Of a stretch of DNA of 64,000 bases, positions 50,322 through 59,929 are shown piece by piece. Position 1 is the stretch's first letter. Each line of letters opens with the position of its first letter. The stretch spans positions 124,001 through 188,000 of the forward strand of contig QPGO01000054.1 of the NCBI GenBank assembly GCA_008632985.1, in the 5' to 3' direction. Source of the DNA: Psammoneis japonica (lineage: Eukaryota). Made by a program: the position numbers and the translations under genes. The notes below the pieces were generated by a model. That model was not told the DNA's origin and made no database searches. It saw only the letters and a list, made by a program, of their open reading frames with translations.

Positions 50322-50875
50322 GGTTCTATGATACTATCTCTCTATATAAACAACGTCAACAACAAGTAGACAGCGTTGCGCTAACGTTTTCTTGTGTAAT
50401 TGAATGCGGCACACGGATTGGCCTCTTTGTCAGCGTGAAAAATGATGCGTGTTGGCGGTCATGAGGCGTGCTGCGTAGACGGCAGTACAAGCTCCTCGTA
50501 GGAAGAAGATTTGTGGCATTGACTCGTGAAACAATGACCTACCGCCAGGCATGGTACGAGATAATCGTAGATTTGTACGTACACGGAGTTGCACGTGTGT
50601 TTTCATATACTCATAAATTCATGTCATGTGAAAGACATTTGAAAATAAAAAGCATTATGAATGAATACTACATCAATGCGTTCAACGGCTCTCTCGCTAT
50701 TTGATCTGTAATTTGTGATCACAATTTCGGATACTAAATTGCTTCATTGAATTCTTCATGAAATATATTCGAAATGCCTCGCTTTCCCCGCGCTTCTGCG
50801 TGCGCGAGCTACGTACAGTAGTTCACATGACGACCACACAGGACCACAGACCGCCACTAACCAGCTGATCCGACC

Positions 50876-52376
50876 ATGAGATTTCATCGATATTTTCGAA
50901 GGCTTGTAATTGTTGCATGCGTCTCCTTGCTCTTCGCTAATCATGCTTCACTTGGATTTATGAGCTCCCCGTCATTCATACCAAAATCAAACAGAGACAC
51001 TGTTCAAAGCCATTCGTCAAAAGCCGACAACAATCAAGAAGATCCTCCGCCAAAAAGGTTAAAAGGAGACGAGTTGTTTCGCACATTGCAAGAAAAATTT
51101 GACTACGAGGGACGTCTACCCACCATTGATGAGTTTCGCTGTGGCTTTGTCTGTATCGTTGGGGCCCCAAACATGGGCAAGAGCACACTCATGAATGCTT
51201 TGGTTGAAGAAGACTTGTGTGTCGCGACGCGACGACCACAAACCACACGACACGCCATCATGGGGGTTGTCACAACCGAATCTTGTCAATTGATTCTGGT
51301 TGACACGCCAGGAGTGATTGAAAATCCAGCTTATAAGCTGCAGGAGGGCATGATGGAAGCGGTGATTGGAGCCTTTCACGATGCGGATGTGGTATTGGTT
51401 GTGACGGATCTTTTCAGCACTCCGATACCGGACGATGATTTGTTTCAAAAAGTAAAAAGAAGTCGAAAGCCTGTGATTGTTGCAATCAACAAGATTGATT
51501 TGGCAGACAAGGTAAATCCGGATGCTGAAGTGAACCAACAAGAGGGACGTACTGTTTCCGTTCCCGCGGCTGTGGCCAAGTGGAGATCGCTTCTGCCGGA
51601 TGCCATTGCAATCTTGCCAATTATTGCTTCTGATGGTGCTGACAATGTGGGAGTAGTGGCACTGCGTAAATTATTGATGGGTGGAGAGGATGTACCGGCC
51701 GCGATTCGGGATCTCGGGAGACCGATCCCTGGCATGTTTCAGACGGGCGTCAAGACGATATCCGATAGTGAAGCCGAAACTCTCCTACCTCCTAGCCCGC
51801 CTCTGTATGATGAAGAGACGCTGACCGATCGACCCGAGCGGTGAGTATTTCTTATGTTACCTGGTACTTTTCTTTTATAAAGAGTTTCTTCTTATTCCCA
51901 TAAGTTGATATTGTCTCTCGATGCAGGTTCTTTGCTTCCGAAATTATTCGTGCTTCCTTGTTTCGCAAGCTGAAGAAGGAACTCCCCTATTGCTGTGAAG
52001 TTCGCGTCATGGAATTCAAAGAACCAAAACCAGACGCAAAAAAGCAATTAATTCGAATGAAGGCTGACGTTTTGGTAGAGAGAGACTCTCAGAAGCTAAT
52101 CGTTATCGGGAAAGGAGGAGCGCAAATTAAAGCGATTGGGACGGATGCAAGAAAGGAGCTTGAAGACTTTTTTCAAACGCAGGTGAGTCGTTTTGGTGTT
52201 CGAGCTAGTGGTAGCCTTGTGGGATTCTGTTATTTCTTCCTGTCATCATTTTTAATTTCTTTCGGCTTTCAATGCTTTTCCGACAGGTGCATCTCGATCT
52301 GAACGTAAAAGTTGATTTGAACTGGAGGAAGAATGAAAAGAAGCTGAAAGAATACGGATATTTGAAGCAGAGGTAG
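50876..52376 (+). CDS. era: GTPase Era, probably plastid-targeted; exons 50876-51840, 51927-52182 and 52287-52376
   Basis: GAPNMGKST, PQTTR, DTPG, NKID, KELPY and the KH-region VIGKGG. It has an N-terminal signal peptide followed by an F-initiated Ser-rich transit-like segment. Confidence 0.93.
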
Positions 52377-52384
52377 CAATATCC

Positions 52385-52860
52385 CTTCTCCCTTTCTCCG
52401 GATTGCTCGCAGGTGGAACTTTAAGCTATTGGCAATGACGAAGTGGTTTCAGCAGACGGCATTCTTACAGGACAGACAATTCTCGGTGTAATGCCCCTCT
52501 AGATTTATCAACGAGGACTACACTCGCGTCATCGACATGGGTCTGAAACTCTGTTTGCAACCAGCAGTAGTGCATCGAAGTAGACAATGAATTCGACCAC
52601 AACGCAATCGCATGATGATTACTTTTCGCTCTTCCCTTTTCGCATCGTTCGACGTTGGAACTTTACTCCAAAATAGCAATGACGAAATAGTTTCAGCAGA
52701 CGAAAGCTTTTCACAGAATAGATAATTTCGGTGTAATACCCCGTTAGATTTAACAACGAGGGCTACACACGCGTCATGGCCGTGGTCTGAACAGTGGTTG
52801 CCGACCGGTTGTAATCTCTATGTAGCCGAACTTGGCCACAACGCAATCCCATGTTACCTG
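52385..52860. ncRNA. tandem pair of diverged ~235-nt structured elements (ncRNA candidate)
   Basis: Blocks GGAACTTTA, GCAATGACGAA, GTTTCAGCAGACG, AGAYAA, TCGGTGTAAT, CTACAC, CGCGTCAT, GGTCTGAA and CCACAACGCAATC occur in both copies, with a period of ~244 bp. Confidence 0.55.
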
Positions 52861-52898
52861 GTAATGATATTTCTTGTTCCCCCATCGCTCTATCCCCG

Positions 52899-54425
52899 TT
52901 ACGCGTATCGCGCTCGTTTGGCATCATGACCTTCAGGTACGCCGTTCATACCATGAGGGGCTTCTGTCGGATGCTCAATCGCTCCGTGTGGTGGAGCTGT
53001 CCCCTGTGGTAAGGCGGCGTAAGGATGTTGCTGAGCCTGGGGTGGCATTTGCTGTTGCCCGGGTGCCCCCTGCTGGGGCTGCTGCACCTGTTGCTCATAC
53101 ACCTGCTGCGGATACATCATTTGCCACTGGCGATTCCCGTGCTGTTGCTGTTGTTGAGCAGCTGCTGCTGCCGCCCCGGCGGTTGGAGCTTGCCCGTGTT
53201 GTGGCTGAGGGACAGGCGGCGCAACAGCTGCGACACCTGGAGCCACACTCTGGCCCTGTTTCTGTTGTTGAGCTGCAGCTTCTCCCGCTGTTACAGGAGC
53301 CTGTACTGCTGGATGGCCGTTAGGAACGCCCGGTTGCGCCGCGTTTGGAAGCGCGGCTGGAGCTTGTCCATCTGCTGGCGGTCCAGACTGGTTGTATTGC
53401 GCTTGCCAGGCAGCTTGAGCGGCATACTGTTGTTGTTGCTGTCGTTGCTGCATCTGGAAGAAATACTGTTGGTGAGACTTGAGAGCTTGATGGTGGTTGT
53501 TCACTGCGTTGTAACCCACCGATGTGAAGTATTGCGTTTGTTGATCCAGGGCCGCCTGAAGGTGAGACTCCGGAACGACGAGCCCATGAGCGACAGTAGC
53601 ACCGGAATCTGTCGGATCAAACTCAGCTAGCTCAAGCCAGTGAATCGAGCTCGCATGACAAGATACTTTCGCAAGGAATGTGCGGCTCTCGGCGATATCG
53701 TTGATGTCATCGCCGACGTCGTCCGTATACTCAATAGTCTTATCCTTTGACATGCTCATCTTGGGCATGGTATCATCACCCTTCTGTGAGGCTGTTTCAT
53801 CCCCAGGTTCCTTCGCTTCACCGACTTTGGCTTCGTCAGGAGATTGCTTTTCTGCCGGGGAATCGGATTTCTTTTCTTCTGGTGAAACCGAGGCCTTCTC
53901 GCTGGAACCCGGATCGTCCCCATTCTCTTCTTTCTCATCCCCCTCTTCGGCTAGCTTGCTCGGAGCAGCCACCAAGGTGCTGGGATCGGCGCTATCCAAC
54001 GCACTCAACAGAACGTACACTGTGCACCAGGGAAGTTGACGGTGCCTGTGCCTTTCTCTACAAAATGATCTTGTGCGGTTAGTCTTCTTGCATGCAGAGC
54101 AAACGGGAGTCGATTTATCAAAATATTTCTTTACGCAAAAGGGTTGCCACTGAACCATCCGAACCGTGAGAGGTTTGTCAATATACTTGCCGTCTTCGCC
54201 GGTACATGTATCGTCAAGAGTAATACATATAAACGCCGTGGTCCATGGTTCAGCTGTGTGGTTGTTGCGCACGCGGCACATGTCTCTAGTTTTGTAGTTC
54301 TTTTTGCATTTTTCGCAGACAGCAAGGCGACAGTCCGGGAATTTCACATTCAATGTCTGCTTGAACCCGGGAGGAGTGAACGTCAGGATGTTTCCATGTG
54401 ATATAGCCTGTGGATACATCATTTG
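52899..54425 (-). CDS. protein with two Cys/His zinc-binding-like motifs and a Q/P/A-rich C-terminus (possible transcriptional regulator); 5' exon unresolved
   Basis: CEKCKKNYKTRDMCRVRNNH..PW and CSACKKTNRTRSFCRERHRH..PW. A likely splice acceptor lies at 54427-54426. Confidence 0.75.
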   Translation of the reverse strand, partial: QMMYPQAISHGNILTFTPPGFKQTLNVKFPDCRLAVCEKCKKNYKTRDMCRVRNNHTAEPWTTAFICITLDDTCTGEDGKYIDKPLTVRMVQWQPFCVKKYFDKSTPVCSACKKTNRTRSFCRERHRHRQLPWCTVYVLLSALDSADPSTLVAAPSKLAEEGDEKEENGDDPGSSEKASVSPEEKKSDSPAEKQSPDEAKVGEAKEPGDETASQKGDDTMPKMSMSKDKTIEYTDDVGDDINDIAESRTFLAKVSCHASSIHWLELAEFDPTDSGATVAHGLVVPESHLQAALDQQTQYFTSVGYNAVNNHHQALKSHQQYFFQMQQRQQQQQYAAQAAWQAQYNQSGPPADGQAPAALPNAAQPGVPNGHPAVQAPVTAGEAAAQQQKQGQSVAPGVAAVAPPVPQPQHGQAPTAGAAAAAAQQQQQHGNRQWQMMYPQQVYEQQVQQPQQGAPGQQQMPPQAQQHPYAALPQGTAPPHGAIEHPTEAPHGMNGVPEGHDAKRARYA

Positions 54426-55408
54426 CTGCAACGTTGGGATGAGAAAGAGAAAAAAGTTAGTTATACGCACCACGGGATAGAGTGTAGTTTGTCAAGTGAA
54501 GATATATAAAACAGCCAACAGCGCAACAATAATTTCGCAGTTCAAACTCTAGGAACCTAGCTAGTAGTAGAGGTTCAGCAACAATGAGAAAAAGGGGATC
54601 AAAAACTCGGGTCCGCAGCGTCATGGACAGATGACGTCGACGCGTAGTCGCGCCGTAGAAACATAGGAAAGTTGGAACTGGTAGAATCGTACGACAGAGG
54701 CGCGTAGAGACTAAGCGGCCACCGGACAACATCCGACGTCTTTCGCGAGAAACAAGATCTGTGGCCATGACGTCGAAATAGAGCCTTCGGAGTGGTTTTA
54801 AAACCAATTGAACGACGCTACCCGACAGCACCCTATCAGGGCTGCATGTCCGCGGTTTTTTGTGGTGAGAATCACTTCAAAATCGCCCTGAATCGGTAAA
54901 AAACACGGAGGTGCGAAGATGCTTTTTCGCCAACGAGAATAACGCTGAACTCGAGCGAAACGACGGTGCCGGTTTCGTACTGTCATACTGTAGTTCCTGT
55001 TATCGTCAATTATCGGAGGCTTACCTTATTATCGGTACGATACGTCGAGTAAGGCGGAAGGCTCGACATGGTTGCTTCTTGATTATTTCCAGGATCCTTT
55101 CCTTGAGGAGAGAACGCCCGGCGTTTATGACTGCAACGCAAAAAAGAGACCATCGATTTTTTTCACCACGTTGCTATATACATGTTTATTCATTTACTAA
55201 TAATATCATTTATCGACCGATCCACGACTTTTCTGGTAGTTACAGATGTATGTAGAATCAGTACGAAGTTGGACGATCAAAGATACCAGCGTTTACAGCA
55301 CATGCACCTGTTTCGGTTTCGTGCTCAACTACCCATTTTCATTTTATTTTCAATCTGCAACTGCAACCTGCAACCTTCTCTTGCCCATGACAGCGGGTCA
55401 TAGACAGC

Positions 55409-56260
55409 ATGCAACGGCGTACAAATAGGTCGTCAAGCGCTGAAACTCGTGCGTCAGACGTTGTTGGAAGCGGTGGCGTTGATCATGGTGAAAAAGATGG
55501 CAAACAACTACGAGATTCGAGGAAGCAAACCACGATGGCTCTCCTGTTTATCGCGGTGTGTTCCTTTGTTATGCTGGTGGGCATGGTAAAAACAAAACAT
55601 AACAAGTACCGAGGTCGAACAGCGTTGCGACCAAATCAGCATGATTTTTCAAAGCATGCGTCATCGCCAGCTACATTTCTGCCACCAAACTCGATTTATC
55701 GATTGTCAGTTGCCGATGCAAATGATGAGAACGTGTCGCTGCAGCAGTTTGCCGGAAAAGTTAGCTTGGGTGAGTCGAGCATATAATACGTTATGAGTGA
55801 CATCAATTGGATCGGTTATTCTTACAAACTTCCGTTATTGAAAGTCGTAAATGTAGCGTCTAAATGAGGCAAAACGGAGGTATCTTATACACAACTGGAA
55901 GAGTTGCAGGAAATGTACGGAGAACAAGGGTTCACCGTCTTAGCTTTTCCTTCCAATGACTTTCGACAAGAGTTTGAAGACAACAAAGACATTCAAGAAT
56001 TTGTGGAAGAACACTTTAGCGTAACATTTCCAGTGTATGGTACCTCCTCATTGCAAGACAATCCTGTTTACAAACAATTGAAACGACACCTTCCGCACGA
56101 TTCCGTCAAGCATAACTTTTTCAAGTACCTAGTGAATCGACAAGGACTGGCGGTTGCTCTTTACCACAAGAAGCAGGACCCGCTCGCCCTTTCTGATGCC
56201 ATTGAAGAACTGCTCGAGCAACCGAAACATGACACATCACACCACTATACAACACATTGA
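55409..56260 (+). CDS. GPX: selenocysteine glutathione peroxidase with N-terminal TM anchor; exons 55409-55769 and 55845-56260, Sec TGA at 55865-55867
   Basis: The spliced reading gives GKVSLVVNVASK-TGA-GKT..YTQLEELQEMY..GFTVLAFPSNDFRQE..NFFKYLV. The TGA sits exactly at the GPx catalytic position, and a SECIS lies downstream. Confidence 0.92.
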
Positions 56261-56278
56261 TCCCTGGCTTTCAACGAA

Positions 56279-56336
56279 GTGCTGAATGACAGTCCTGTGC
56301 CAATGCAAACTGCACGCAGGGGGCTTGAGAAAGCAC
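56279..56336 (+). promoter_or_regulatory. type II SECIS element
   Basis: Helix I GTGCT/AGCAC; core ATGAC(56286)/TGAG(56326); helix II AGTCCTGTGC/GCAGGGGGCT; apical AA; minihelix TGCA/TGCA. Confidence 0.88.
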
Positions 56337-56424
56337 GCCTGATTGAAACTTAAAGAAGAATATAATCTTTGTAGCGCTCCTCTATTTTATCCTATTTGCA
56401 CAGCTTTCGACGAGCCACGTCCTC

Positions 56425-59400
56425 TCATTTAGTTGGACGGTCGCAACGTGGGCAAGCACATTGGAACTGCGCCGCGAACGCGCCAGGAAGAAACATTGAA
56501 ACTCCAACCTGGGGTTCTGGTACGGTCAGTTCCGAAGAGCTTGAATCTGCCGTGAACGCCTTGCAGAGCTTCTCTTCAGGTACAGACTGGACATTGGTCC
56601 AGCCGCGACTTGCAAAGTACTCGGCAATCTCATCCACTTTGTTTGTGGGACACGTCACGGCGAGGTTGCTCTTGGGATCGAAGAGAGGTATCAAATAAGT
56701 TATCAGCGCATGTTTTGCATCTTCGTTGGTGACTTCGGCAACCTTTGCCAGCAACCATTGATCATAATCAACTTTCTTTCCTTCATAGTTGGAGACCCAC
56801 GAATTGATCGCGGCGCTAAGCTTGGTACTCTTGCCAGAGATAATGTTGTACGCGAGTGAACTCTTGGCGCTTTCAAGACCCACTTGGGGTATTTCAGCCT
56901 TTCCAGAAGCATACTCTTCCAGAATCTGACTTGAGGCTTTGAACGCAGCTCTCACGTCCGTACATTTGAATAGGCCAAACTTTAACAGCTTCGACTCTGT
57001 CATGTTTGAGATGCTTGATCCATAAGTTAAGCCTGCACCGCGGAGCTTCACCCAAAAGTCCCCTTCGAGTGCAGTGAGGTACTCGATTGCGACTAGTAAG
57101 GATGCGTGGTTCGTATCATAGGCACCGACACCTGGGGAAGTGATGGATAAAAAGGATGACTCAATTGCAGATAGCGAGCAAACGGCCGCCCGCCCAGTAT
57201 CCTTGGATCGGACTGTGGTTGCCGAGACACCAGAGATTAATTCTGCTTTGTCGGCCAGATGGCTAACACCGGGAGGCGTCAAAGCGTCAACAATAGCTTG
57301 CATCGGGTGATCCATATTTTTGAGATTACCTGTAACAAAGACTTGCATGTTCTTTGGTTGAGCGAGTTCGCGTCGGATTGCATTCAATTCCTTCAATACC
57401 TCTTTCGCCCCGGTCGGATCTTCCATTTGTTTGGTGAGATCGTCTAGAAAGGGCCATTGACGCAGAGCAGAAGAAGCAACCTTGTTGGCCTCGTCTGCCT
57501 TAAAGTTCAATTCATTCGAGACGGCACCGCAAATGGTAGGTCCGGAGCGGATTTGTGGAGCAATCTCGGAAAGTAGTTTATGCACCGTCATTTTGACCGC
57601 TTCTGTAGTCAACGTTGTGAGATACAAAACACGGCGGATCCATTTCAGTGAAGGACGCAGTCCTTGTCCGCCTTCTGGATTTTCCATCTGAATAGACACA
57701 GATATCATTTGCGGAATACTTGACCCAGCGAGTCCACATCGTGCTCCATAGGAGACCGTGTCGTCCTGTAGCTGAGACACAAAGTCGTCCTTTGACAACT
57801 CGGTTCCGTCGTCAAGTGTGGCTGGGAGCTTAAAGGCAAGTTCTAGCAGAAGCGGGAGGTAAAGCCTCTGTCTGGGGGTGAGATTCTTGGTGCTCAATCC
57901 GATTGAAGAATACAGAAAAGCGCTTTCAATGTGACTCCAGTCGACGTGGAATGCTTCCCCGGCATCCGTATTGCTGGCACTCTCCACTAGTTGAGAGAGC
58001 ACGAGGTCAGCGTCTTCTTTGGCGATGCCTCTTCCACTATTTTCGGCAACGTCGATGGATTTTCCAACTCCACGAATAGTAAGAACTGGGACCGCTTTGA
58101 CCTTATCCAAACTGGGGATCGGTACATTTGTCAGAGTCTCTTCCGGAATCGATCGCTCGTTGAATTCAATGGCTTTTTCCAAGGCCTCGCCAAGCTCTTT
58201 TAGCTTCTCCGGTCCAAGGTCTTGAGCTTGTTTGGCTTCTCGCTCTTTTTCGTCCTTTGCCATTTTCTCGGCGAGTGAAGCGGAGGGACTTCCAAGCACT
58301 AGAGCATAGGGCCTGGAAAGGATATACTCATTGATAAGACTGCGCCAGTAATCTTCATTTAGCTCCAATGCTTCCCCGAGATATGGTAGACCGTCTACAT
58401 CATTTTGGAGATCCTTCACCTCCTGCTCAGGATTGCCACGTGACCCGTACATGAAATTGCGAACCACTCCATCAATCATGGCATAAGTGGGCCGACGCTC
58501 ATTGTACTCTAACAACTGGCGACGAGTGCGACGAATCACCATTCGCATTCGATCCATATCCAATGTTTCGCTGGCTTGCTTGACAGATTCAAACAGCTTC
58601 GGGGCCACTTGTTCCATTTTCTCAACCTCGACTTCCTGAAACCACAATTGATGATAGCCTTGAGTAAAAATCTCGTGCGCCGGTCCTACGTCTGCGCAAA
58701 GCGGCTCATCGCATTCGACAAAGGCCTTTTGAAGAGGAGAAGCGGGTGAGTCTGTCAAGTACGTCCACAACAACTCCAAACGCACCCACGTTGCACGATC
58801 TTGATACGTCGGTCCTCTCCACGCAACGGAAATGGTGCCACGACTCTCGTCTTCGGAAGGAAAGGATATTTCCAAGGCTTTGTTCGTGTCGGCGCTTTCG
58901 GAATTTGGCTGAAGAATACCCACAGCGCTCAAGTCCAGATCTGGAACAGGGTCGTTCACCCATGGCCTCTCTGGACGTTGTTTCAGCTCTGGCTTGCTTA
59001 GAATGCGCTGCTCCACCTCGTCGAGCTTTTCAAAGAACTCACTCGCGCCCACATTGCCACTCAGGACAACCATCACATTGTCCGGCGTATAATTCTCAGC
59101 ATGATAGCGTTGAACCTGATGATTGGCAAGGGTTCTCAGGTTTTTAAGCTTTCCACCCGTCTCTGAGCTGTATCCACAATTGTTTGGATACAAAAGATCG
59201 AGAATAGCTCGGTCGACGAGAGAACCGACAGAGTTCTCGCGTCCCTGCATCTCACAGTAGACAACGCCCTTGTCTTCGCCAGTGGAGGTAATGTGATGCA
59301 CTTCGGTGAGAAAGCTCTCGTCTGTAAGGGTTGGAAATAGTACATGATCGGCATAAATTGGTAAAAGATTAAGAGCCCCCTCTTCTCCGGCTGTCGTGAG

Positions 59401-59757
59401 TGTGTAGGCTGTATGATCCGTGGCGGTCCACGCGTTGGTTCCATCGGCAAGACTGCGATTGGCAAGCTTGTCGAGAATCCCCTTGTACGGATACAACTCG
59501 CTGCCGAGAAAGATTGCGTGCTCCAGAGTATGCGGTAAACCATCGTCCTTGTGAGAATAGGAATCAGTGGTGGCACAGGTTGAAATGATTATGTGCAAAC
59601 TGCAAAGAGGCTCTCCGGTGTTTACCACGAGTCCTCTCAAGCCCGTCTCTGGCGAATGCAATAGCGTTGCCTTGTTGGAGGAAAGTAACGTGTCCTGAGA
59701 GATCCATTTCGTCCCGCTAGAAGGACCAGTAAAAATAATAGTAACAGCTTCAGGCAT
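56425..59757 (-). CDS. M16C (insulinase/presequence-protease family) zinc metallopeptidase
   Basis: DDGLPHTLEHAIFLGSELYPYKG (inverted HxxEH), NAWTATDHTAY, GVVYCEMQG and LRGAGLTYG. The likely ATG is at 59757. Confidence 0.92.
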   Translation of the reverse strand: MPEAVTIIFTGPSSGTKWISQDTLLSSNKATLLHSPETGLRGLVVNTGEPLCSLHIIISTCATTDSYSHKDDGLPHTLEHAIFLGSELYPYKGILDKLANRSLADGTNAWTATDHTAYTLTTAGEEGALNLLPIYADHVLFPTLTDESFLTEVHHITSTGEDKGVVYCEMQGRENSVGSLVDRAILDLLYPNNCGYSSETGGKLKNLRTLANHQVQRYHAENYTPDNVMVVLSGNVGASEFFEKLDEVEQRILSKPELKQRPERPWVNDPVPDLDLSAVGILQPNSESADTNKALEISFPSEDESRGTISVAWRGPTYQDRATWVRLELLWTYLTDSPASPLQKAFVECDEPLCADVGPAHEIFTQGYHQLWFQEVEVEKMEQVAPKLFESVKQASETLDMDRMRMVIRRTRRQLLEYNERRPTYAMIDGVVRNFMYGSRGNPEQEVKDLQNDVDGLPYLGEALELNEDYWRSLINEYILSRPYALVLGSPSASLAEKMAKDEKEREAKQAQDLGPEKLKELGEALEKAIEFNERSIPEETLTNVPIPSLDKVKAVPVLTIRGVGKSIDVAENSGRGIAKEDADLVLSQLVESASNTDAGEAFHVDWSHIESAFLYSSIGLSTKNLTPRQRLYLPLLLELAFKLPATLDDGTELSKDDFVSQLQDDTVSYGARCGLAGSSIPQMISVSIQMENPEGGQGLRPSLKWIRRVLYLTTLTTEAVKMTVHKLLSEIAPQIRSGPTICGAVSNELNFKADEANKVASSALRQWPFLDDLTKQMEDPTGAKEVLKELNAIRRELAQPKNMQVFVTGNLKNMDHPMQAIVDALTPPGVSHLADKAELISGVSATTVRSKDTGRAAVCSLSAIESSFLSITSPGVGAYDTNHASLLVAIEYLTALEGDFWVKLRGAGLTYGSSISNMTESKLLKFGLFKCTDVRAAFKASSQILEEYASGKAEIPQVGLESAKSSLAYNIISGKSTKLSAAINSWVSNYEGKKVDYDQWLLAKVAEVTNEDAKHALITYLIPLFDPKSNLAVTCPTNKVDEIAEYFASRGWTNVQSVPEEKLCKAFTADSSSSELTVPEPQVGVSMFLPGAFAAQFQCACPRCDRPTK

Positions 59758-59929
59758 CTTGATTGAAATGGGATTGTAAGTTGTAAGGTCACAACTCACC
59801 ACCGCAGATGTATATCGGCTATCGGCTCTATCGTCGGCCGGCTCTCGCTCAGTCAACACGCGACGCGCACCGAGCGCATTTTGAAAGTTTGAAACGGAAA
59901 ACTCCTCCCACCTCATCGTTGTCTCTGCA

